IMG/VR virus record: IMGVR_UViG_3300045988_180880
Coordinates: 288,001 to 352,000 of that record
Source of the DNA: a virus
Direction: 5' to 3' (one strand)
DNA length: 64,000 nucleotides
Shown one piece after another: positions 38,584 through 44,596 of the stretch; positions within the stretch are counted from its first letter, which is position 1; every line of letters starts with the position of its first letter. Below the pieces are notes generated by a model, which had not been told where the DNA came from, ran no database searches, and was given only the letters and a program-made list of their open reading frames with translations. The translations under genes were made by a program, and so were the position numbers.

Positions 38584-38764
38584 TTCAAATGAAGAAGCAT
38601 AAAGTAATATAAACTTTATGAAAAATTCTATTAAAATGCTGGAATATCAAATAGATAATCAGCAAAAATTAGAAAAGATCTAATTTCTCAACGACTAAAT
38701 ATAGAACTAAGTTTGAAATATAATTTAGATGATATAGTCTATTCATTGATAAAAATAATTAATG
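38584..38764 (+). ncRNA. Group I intron, family A (A12)
   Basis: P2 CATAAAG/CTTTATG, P3 TTCTAT/ATAGAA, P AAATGCTGGAAT, Q TAATCAGCA, R TTCTCAACGACTA. P8 is identical to that of A2. S GATATAGTCT. Terminal G38764 gives a consistent frame. Confidence 0.75.
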
Positions 38765-38785
38765 ACTTTAAAGCAATTTGAACAT
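38765..38785 (+). CDS. Tail tube protein, exon 5 (21-nt micro-exon)
   Basis: TLKQFEH resembles T4 gp19 TLALDYWE. It is bounded by independently predicted sites: G38764 and donor GAACAT| (pairs with GTGTTT). Confidence 0.45.
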
Positions 38786-38953
38786 TTTGGAAAATTTCAT
38801 GGTGTTTTCTACAAGAATTGCTGGAAAATTTGTATCTTTGTATACAAATAATCAGCATCCTAGATATTAACATAAATCTAGGTTCAACGACTATGTATGT
38901 AGACTGAGGAAATTCCTTAGGTGATATAGTCTGTCATGAGGTGAAATTCATTG
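38786..38953 (+). ncRNA. Group I intron, family A (A13)
   Basis: P3 TCTACA/TGTAGA, P AATTGCTGGAAA, Q TAATCAGCA, R GTTCAACGACTA, P8 GAGGAAATTCCTTAG, S GATATAGTCT (38923-38932). The 3' end is uncertain (candidate Gs at 38933-38964). Confidence 0.7.
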
Positions 38954-38965
38954 ATTAACGTATGA
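38954..38965 (+). CDS. Tail tube protein, terminal exon (very short; position uncertain)
   Basis: With a CATTG| acceptor it reads INV*. The alternative acceptor G38960 gives YERTFDNI*. Confidence 0.25.
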   Translation: MNV

Positions 38966-39119
38966 AAGAACTTTTGATAATATTTAAAAAAATAACTTAA
39001 TAAACTAGAAGTATCTAATTTATTATTTCTTATGATTGCAAGGAAGGGTGGATCTGATCAATCTGCCCTTCTTCATAAGAAATATATTAGATATTTCCTT
39101 AAAAAAAATTGCAATCAAT

Positions 39120-39962
39120 ATGAAACTTAGAGCAAAAGATACTGAAAGTTTTATTCAAAAAAGTAAAGATAAATATGGTGAAGATGCTTTAGATTATTCT
39201 GAAGTAAACTATATTGATAAATTAACTCCTGTAAAACTAATATGTAAGAAATGTGGGAATATATTTTATCAATCACCAGCAGAACATTTAAGAGATAGAA
39301 AGAAAATATCTTGTCCTAAATGTGCAGTAATAGATTCCAGAGAAAGAAGGTCTATTAAACAGAAAGAAGTTTGGTTAAGGAAATGTAAAGATAAGTTTGG
39401 AGATAAATTTGATTACTCTAAAGTTAATTACATAAATAATAAATTAGATGTATGGATTTATTGTAATAGTTGTAAAAAATGGTTTAAACAATCTCCACAT
39501 CATCATATTAGAAATATTCATGGATGTCCTTTCTGTGCAATGAAAGAGAAATCTGGATATGAATTTATGGTTGAGAGTTATCTTGAATATTTAGTAAAAA
39601 ATGATAAAACGTTATCATATAATTCAGAATACAGTATTTTAAATAGGATAGCGGGAAGGAATTCTAACAAAATAATGATAGATTTTAAATTAAATATAAA
39701 TAACTTAGAATATTGGATAGAAGTTAATGGTCAGCAACATTACAAATTTATAAATTTCTTTCATAAAACAAAAGAAGATTTCCAAAAACAATTAAAAAGG
39801 GATGAAAATGTTAGAGAATACTGTAAAGAAAATAATATAATTCTCATAGAAATTCCATATACTTACAATACATATGAGAAAATATCTGAAGTTCTAAGAA
39901 GAATTTTAATTGGTGGTGAATCTCCAAATATAATAGTTCAGCCAAAAATAATACAACCATAA
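39120..39962 (+). CDS. Free-standing homing-endonuclease-like protein (Zn-ribbons plus Vsr/DUF559-like domain), paralog 3
   Basis: ATG at 39120 (MKLRAKDTESF..). CKKCGN..CPKCA, CNSCKK..CPFCA. C-terminus MIDFKLNINNLEYWIEVNGQQHY..LKRDENVREYCKENNIILIEIPY. Confidence 0.6.
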   Translation: MKLRAKDTESFIQKSKDKYGEDALDYSEVNYIDKLTPVKLICKKCGNIFYQSPAEHLRDRKKISCPKCAVIDSRERRSIKQKEVWLRKCKDKFGDKFDYSKVNYINNKLDVWIYCNSCKKWFKQSPHHHIRNIHGCPFCAMKEKSGYEFMVESYLEYLVKNDKTLSYNSEYSILNRIAGRNSNKIMIDFKLNINNLEYWIEVNGQQHYKFINFFHKTKEDFQKQLKRDENVREYCKENNIILIEIPYTYNTYEKISEVLRRILIGGESPNIIVQPKIIQP

Positions 39963-39971
39963 ACAATAAAG

Positions 39972-39998
39972 GAGAGTAACTTTGATCGGTTACTTTTC
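39972..39998 (+). terminator. Hairpin GAGTAAC..GTTACTTTT (repeated element)
   Basis: Stem AGTAAC/GTTACT plus a T-run. The same element occurs at 41485-41510. Confidence 0.5.
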
Positions 39999-40018
39999 TA
40001 CTAAAACAATTATTTATT

Positions 40019-40534
40019 ATGAACCTACTAGATATATTACTCCCACTCCCTAGACGAAGAAGAGAAAAGGAAGAATTGAAAAAACTAGAGCCAGAAATAA
40101 AAAATCTTGAAGAAAAACTTGGATTAATTGGAAGAACTGGAACAGAAGTTTATTATGATCCACTCTATGAACGAAATAGAGGAAGAAAATATGATCTTAA
40201 AGGCCGAAAGGAATACCTAGAAGACCTCAGAAAACGATTAAACAATGGGTATAAGAGTTCGAATGTAATACGAGCTAGTGGATATTTTAGTCCAGGTAAT
40301 TCTAATGAAAAAGATACTTTTAACCCAATCATAAAAGAATTACCTAAACCAAGTAAGGTAGTGTATGTAGTATTAATAAGAAAAACTATTGATATCCCAA
40401 AAACGATAAAAATAGAGAACAGTACTGAATATAAAATAAAAAGTACAAACTCTGAATGTGATAATATAGAGGATTACTATATTATAAAAGAATTGGATGA
40501 AAACGCTAAAAAATTTATTAAATCTCTAATATGA
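40019..40534 (+). CDS. Hypothetical protein (MNLLDILLP family)
   Basis: ORF track. Paralogous to the truncated copy at 41528. Confidence 0.5.
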   Translation: MNLLDILLPLPRRRREKEELKKLEPEIKNLEEKLGLIGRTGTEVYYDPLYERNRGRKYDLKGRKEYLEDLRKRLNNGYKSSNVIRASGYFSPGNSNEKDTFNPIIKELPKPSKVVYVVLIRKTIDIPKTIKIENSTEYKIKSTNSECDNIEDYYIIKELDENAKKFIKSLI

Positions 40535-41454
40535 TCATATTAAGAAAATACCCAGAGGAACAGAAAGAATTTAGTATACTTTCAGAAATATCTCAATTGG
40601 GTTTAAGGAAAGGAACGAAAAATTATATCAGGAAACAAAAAAGAGATGTGGTGAACAAATTAATTCAAAATAAACGAGATTTTCTTGCAAAAACGAAGAA
40701 GACAGAAAGAAAATTGACTAATCTTCGAAAAGAAACAAAAGAGAATGAATTAATAGCCAATAATCTGAAAAAAGAAGCTAATAGAGTAAACACTGATATA
40801 ATACCCGATAATAAATTTTCTAAACTAGTACATCAGCCTAAAGGAGATAAATCCTATATTCTCGATAAAGAAAAGAGAAATCTACTTAAGCAAATGTCTA
40901 ATGATAAAAATTTGGATAAAGCTAGTAGAGAGTTAGCCAGATCAAGTTCGGCCAAAGATGCAATTATAAATCTTAACTCTGATGCAATAGGAAAAGACAC
41001 CCCGTTTGTTGCCCATGAACTAGGTCATGTTAAAAATAGTAAAAAATCTATTAATTCTGCAATTCAAAAACTAGCTGATAAATCTAATAATAGTAAAGGA
41101 ATATTAGCTGATATTGGGAAAAGAACTATTGGAATTCAAGAAGAAAATAATGCCTGGAAAAATGGAATAAAGGATTTAAAAAAGGCTGGTGCAACGAAAG
41201 AAGAGATTAAACATGCCAAAAGTCTAGAAAATGCTGCAGTAGATACATATAGAAAAGGAAATAGTTTAAGAAATAACTTAAATGAAAAGCTATTAAATAA
41301 ATTACATCCAAAAGAAATAGATAACTATAAAGTATTTCCTGGATCTCATAAAGAAGAAAAAGATTTAATGGAACTTTTTGGAGATAAAGGAAGAACTGAA
41401 AGACAGAAATATAATTTAAGAAGAAAAATAATAAATAAAAGGAAATCTAAATAA
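40531..41454 (+). CDS. Leader-variant (MIILRKYPEEQKEFS) HExxH zinc-metalloprotease-like protein
   Basis: FVAHELGHVKN, then downstream EENNAWKNGIKDLKKAGATKEE (candidate third ligand Glu). Family shared with 42379, 46777 and 52678. Confidence 0.55.
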   Translation: MIILRKYPEEQKEFSILSEISQLGLRKGTKNYIRKQKRDVVNKLIQNKRDFLAKTKKTERKLTNLRKETKENELIANNLKKEANRVNTDIIPDNKFSKLVHQPKGDKSYILDKEKRNLLKQMSNDKNLDKASRELARSSSAKDAIINLNSDAIGKDTPFVAHELGHVKNSKKSINSAIQKLADKSNNSKGILADIGKRTIGIQEENNAWKNGIKDLKKAGATKEEIKHAKSLENAAVDTYRKGNSLRNNLNEKLLNKLHPKEIDNYKVFPGSHKEEKDLMELFGDKGRTERQKYNLRRKIINKRKSK

Positions 41455-41484
41455 TTATATACTATTATAAAAAAAACAATAAAG

Positions 41485-41510
41485 AAGAGTAACTTTGATC
41501 GGTTACTCTT
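41485..41510 (+). terminator. Hairpin AAGAGTAAC..GTTACTCTT (repeated element)
   Basis: 9-bp perfect stem. Duplicate of the 39972 element. Confidence 0.5.
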
Positions 41511-41527
41511 CTACTAAAACAATTACT

Positions 41528-41701
41528 ATGAGCCTACTAAATATATTACTTCCTAGACAAAGGATGATAAATCAAGAAATAAAAAGTCTTGAAGAAAAAC
41601 TTGGATTAACCGAAAGAGATACAAAAACTCTTTTCTATGATCCACATTATATTAGAAATAAATCATTTCAAACAAGAAAAGATTATCTAAACTATAACTA
41701 G
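41528..41701 (+). CDS. Truncated paralog of 40019 (MSLLNILLP..)
   Basis: 57 aa. Shares the 5' flank, the N-terminus and the EEKLGL..YDP.Y motif with 40019. Confidence 0.4.
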   Translation: MSLLNILLPRQRMINQEIKSLEEKLGLTERDTKTLFYDPHYIRNKSFQTRKDYLNYN

Positions 41702-41764
41702 AAAAAAATGATAGGGCGCTAAAATGCTTCTCTAAAAGTAAGAAAAAACATTAGAAGGATAAAA

Positions 41765-41793
41765 AAGAAGATCAACTTTTCGTCAATCTTCTT
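41765..41793. terminator. Hairpin between convergent genes
   Basis: Stem AAGAAGAT/ATCTTCTT (8 bp), flanked by an A-run and a T-run. Confidence 0.45.
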
Positions 41794-41801
41794 TGTAGGG
41801 A

Positions 41802-42071
41802 CTATTTAAGTGATTCTTTATATTCTTTTATCTCTTTACCACATTGATAGATCAATTCAGAAATACCTTCTGCACTTTCTAATGTATCTGTATTATCTAA
41901 TACATTAGATACAACTTTACACCAATGTCTATCTTTTTCAGAAAGAGAATCTGGATTTTTCTTATATTTATACATCATTTCTGCACCTAAATTATACCCT
42001 GCACCTTTTACCAATTTAAAAGCTGCTATAATTGATATAGTAGCTAATCCAATTTTTAATAATGTTTTCAT
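41802..42071 (-). CDS. Small protein with N-terminal hydrophobic (signal/TM-like) segment
   Basis: MKTLLKIGLATISIIAAFKLV.. The conserved motif lies 21 nt upstream of its ATG. Confidence 0.55.
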   Translation of the reverse strand: MKTLLKIGLATISIIAAFKLVKGAGYNLGAEMMYKYKKNPDSLSEKDRHWCKVVSNVLDNTDTLESAEGISELIYQCGKEIKEYKESLK

Positions 42072-42092
42072 ATCTTTTATATATTTTATTTA

Positions 42093-42111
42093 TTACATAT
42101 ATAAGGCTTTT
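42093..42111 (-). promoter_or_regulatory. Conserved motif TTACATATATAAGGCTTTT
   Basis: One of 7 copies. Confidence 0.55.
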
Positions 42112-42127
42112 ACTCCTTCCAAAAATT

Positions 42128-42170
42128 AATATCGGGGGGGGGTAAAAGTATAAACAATTCCTCTTCGATA
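42128..42170 (+). promoter_or_regulatory. G9-tract element (degenerate copy)
   Basis: GGGGGGGGG at 42134-42142, 39 nt upstream of the leader-gene ATG at 42181. Confidence 0.4.
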
Positions 42171-42180
42171 CAAATATTAA

Positions 42181-42315
42181 ATGATTATAAAACGTAAACT
42201 ATTTTCTAAAGATTCAAAAGTTCTCGTCCCTTATTTTGAACCTGGCATTACTGAAACTGGTAGACGATACGTAACACTAATCACTAACGATGGAAGAAAG
42301 AAGCGGCAATATATA
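42181..42315 (+). CDS. Leader-tagged (MIIKRKLFS) 44-aa ORF, possibly a remnant
   Basis: Hand translation; below the ORF-track size cutoff. Confidence 0.35.
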
Positions 42316-42378
42316 GATCCGTATAGAAAGAGAACTAAAAAAGAATTAGAAAACTAACTTAACTTATTAATTAAAATT

Positions 42379-43177
42379 ATGATAATCAAAAGAAAACTGT
42401 TTAGTAAAAAAAGAGGAGAATAAAAACTTCAATGACACTAGTTCAAAAGCAAAAGGAACTGCTTTATATCTTGGAGGTGCGGTAGCGGGTCAAGGTATCG
42501 CTGCACCTATAATGATGAAACATATGCAAGACGAACCCTCAGAAGAATCTGCAAAAATAGCTGAAAAACTAAAAAGATTAGCTTCTAGACGAGGACATAA
42601 AGTAGATAATATTACATATACTGGAATGGGACCTGCATATCAAAATAATAAAATTTATACAAGTGGAACAAAAGCAGCTGATGTTCTTTCACATGAAATG
42701 GGACATGCTCACTATGATAAAAGAAAAGTAAAATCAGTAAGTGATGCTATTGGTAAAGTTGCTCATAAAGCTTATCTAAAAACTGGTGGAATGTTGAATC
42801 ATACAGTTCTAGCTCCTACAGCAGGAATAATAGCAGGTGTTAGATCAGGTAAAAAAGCAGCAGAAAAAGAAGCAGCCGGAGAAAAAGAATCAAAACTCTC
42901 CAGACATAGTGGATGGGCATCTGGTTTAGCTGTTCAATCTCCAGGGCTAGTATCAGAGGCTATGGCAAGTAAACATGGTCTAGATTTAATGAAAAAAGCT
43001 GGTGCCTCTAAGAAATTAATGAAAGCTAGTCGAAAAAACCTAGGTGTAGCTTTAGGAACTTATGCTGGAGTTGCTGTAACTAATGCAGGAATGTCAGAAT
43101 TAGCTAGAGGAATTGCATATAGAAAGAAAAAGAAAAAATTAGAGAAGGAAAAAGATAAAAAGAAAGATGATAAATAA
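42379..43177 (+). CDS. Leader-tagged (MIIKRKLFS) HExxH metalloprotease-like protein; frame broken at an A7 run (42406-42412)
   Basis: ATG at 42379 gives MIIKRKLFSKKRGE*. A +1 shift in the A7 run joins it to ORF-track 42512..43177 (..EENKNFNDTSSKAKGTALYLGG..VLSHEMGHAHYD..SEAMASKHGLDLMKKAGASKK). Confidence 0.5.
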
Positions 43178-43191
43178 CTAATATCATCTTT
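43163..43191. terminator. Hairpin overlapping the stop of 42379..43177
   Basis: Stem AAAGATGAT/ATCATCTTT (9 bp), between convergent ORFs. Confidence 0.45.
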
Positions 43192-43205
43192 CTTATAAAT
43201 CGTAA

Positions 43206-43280
43206 CTAAAATATCTTTCCAAAATGACGAAAGTATTTAAAAAAGTTACGATAACCAATAAATAATCCTAATCCTTTCAT
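43206..43280 (-). CDS. 24-aa basic/hydrophobic peptide (MKGLGLFIGYRNFFKYFRHFGKIF)
   Basis: Its ATG sits 20 nt from a conserved motif copy, the same spacing as the other minus-strand genes. It is the last 24 codons of track ORF 43206..43460. Confidence 0.35.
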   Translation of the reverse strand: MKGLGLFIGYRNFFKYFRHFGKIF

Positions 43281-43300
43281 AATCTTATATATTTTATATA

Positions 43301-43319
43301 TCACATATATAAGGCTTTT
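43301..43319 (-). promoter_or_regulatory. Conserved motif TCACATATATAAGGCTTTT
   Basis: One of 7 copies. Confidence 0.5.
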
Positions 43320-43344
43320 AAGGAATATAGAGTGTAAAACTATA

Positions 43345-43406
43345 AATCCTGGGAAAGTTTGGGATATAACTGCCCAGGAACTAATTAAATAAAAATAAAG
43401 AGCTAT
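43345..43406 (+). repeat. 62-nt repeat with hairpin CCTGGG..CCCAGG (copy 1)
   Basis: Nearly identical to 52621-52679. Here it is followed only by a 14-codon remnant ORF (MIFQKKYKNLERNI*). Confidence 0.7.
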
Positions 43407-43555
43407 ATGATATTCCAAAAGAAGTACAAAAATCTGGAAAGAAACATTTAAGTAATGCATTTAGAATCCATGAAATTAATGAAGTTAAGAAAATAATCTC
43501 AGATAATACTAATAGACTTCTTGGAAAAATAGAAATAAATAAAGAGATTTGGAAA

Positions 43556-43846
43556 CTAATCCAAATCTCTAATCTCAATAGCATAATAACCTTCAGGAAT
43601 ATTCCATACCCCTGGATCTAATGCATTTGTGGGTATTTCTGTATTTTCATTGATAGGATACAAGTCTACTCTTTTATGATCAAGCCAATCTGAACAAGGA
43701 GTTTTTGATGTATTATGATAATCCTTTAAAAAGATTAATTCATTTCTTTTTACTCTCATACTTTTATTAGATTTATTAAGATTTTCTACTATTTTTTCAA
43801 ATCTTAGCATAGGATTTTCTATAGAGCTAATATCTTTATCATCCAT
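43556..43846 (-). CDS. Small protein with C-terminal YPINENTE(I/V)P.NAL..WNIPEGYY.IEI domain
   Basis: Start taken at Met27 of track ORF 43556..43924. Its C-terminal domain is paralogous to 43860..44063. Confidence 0.5.
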   Translation of the reverse strand: MDDKDISSIENPMLRFEKIVENLNKSNKSMRVKRNELIFLKDYHNTSKTPCSDWLDHKRVDLYPINENTEIPTNALDPGVWNIPEGYYAIEIRDLD

Positions 43847-43859
43847 AATTTTATAATAT

Positions 43860-44063
43860 TTAAATGTTAATTTCAATAGTGTAGTAACCTTCTGGAATAT
43901 TCCATATCTCAGAAGATAATGCATTTTTAGGTACTTCTGTATTTTCGTTAATAGGATATAACATTACTATTTTATAATTACATTCTAAATGAGATCTTAT
44001 TATATCTTTCTCTTCATCAGTAAGTTTTTTCTCAATTACCGCTTCTTTGACTATTCTTTTCAT
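43860..44063 (-). CDS. Small protein, paralogous domain to 43556..43846
   Basis: ORF track. The conserved motif lies 24 nt upstream of its ATG. Confidence 0.5.
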   Translation of the reverse strand: MKRIVKEAVIEKKLTDEEKDIIRSHLECNYKIVMLYPINENTEVPKNALSSEIWNIPEGYYTIEINI

Positions 44064-44087
44064 AATTCTACGTATTTAAAATTTATA

Positions 44088-44106
44088 TTACATATACGAG
44101 GCTTTC
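44088..44106 (-). promoter_or_regulatory. Conserved motif variant TTACATATACGAGGCTTTC
   Basis: One of 7 copies. Confidence 0.45.
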
Positions 44107-44596
44107 AAATTGATAAAAAGGAGGTTTTATATAGGTTTGTCCCTTATTTATGAGGACAAAGGAGTTTCCCTTATCCTACACCTCTAACCGCTACCGCTAG
44201 AGGTGTCTTAGAAAAGAAACATTGAATAAGATATATAGGAAATTTTAATATAATATCATTTTAATTAAGTTGACACCCCTTTGGCCTCTGGGGGCCAGGG
44301 GTGGTGTTTCTAGATTAAAAGCTCATAGAAATCCTAAACATAAATATTCCATGTCTCCGACATAATCTTATGTTCTTTATCTATATGAGCAAGTGTCGCA
44401 AATTCTTTAGATAATATCTTTTATAGTGGAGAGTCAAAAATAATAAATTAAATCGACAAAATGCGTATAATATCCTTTCAATCCCTTATGATTGAAAAGG
44501 GAATCCTCCTATGTCTTCAATTTAAAGAGACATAGAAATTCTTTTAACTGGATTCTCTATTAGATTATAATAAATTTAATAAAAAATTATACGTAT

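Noticed and set aside
537-38953. Recurrent ~150-nt units with conserved GCTGGAA / AATCAGCA / CAACGACTA / GATATAGTCT blocks could be a CRISPR array, MITEs or REP elements.
   Set aside because: Spacing is irregular (0.1-12 kb). Every unit sits inside a reading frame, carries the group I P3-P9 core in the right order, and its removal restores the frame. There are no spacers or terminal inverted repeats.
39036-39119. N-terminal extensions of track ORFs (39036, 18000, 22862, 28884).
   Set aside because: The extensions overlap terminator hairpins or upstream genes. Internal ATGs give the family-typical N-termini.
42296-42357. A possible -1 extension of the 44-aa ORF 42181..42315 (RQYIDPYRKRTKKELEN*).
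   Set aside because: There is no slippery sequence at the junction, and the extension is only 17 codons, so it is probably chance.
43206-43584. Track ORFs 43206..43460 and 43381..43584 (minus strand) taken as full-length genes.
   Set aside because: They run through the conserved motif, the 62-nt repeat and a plus-strand gene remnant. Only the last 24 codons (43206..43280), which have the standard motif spacing, were kept, at low confidence.
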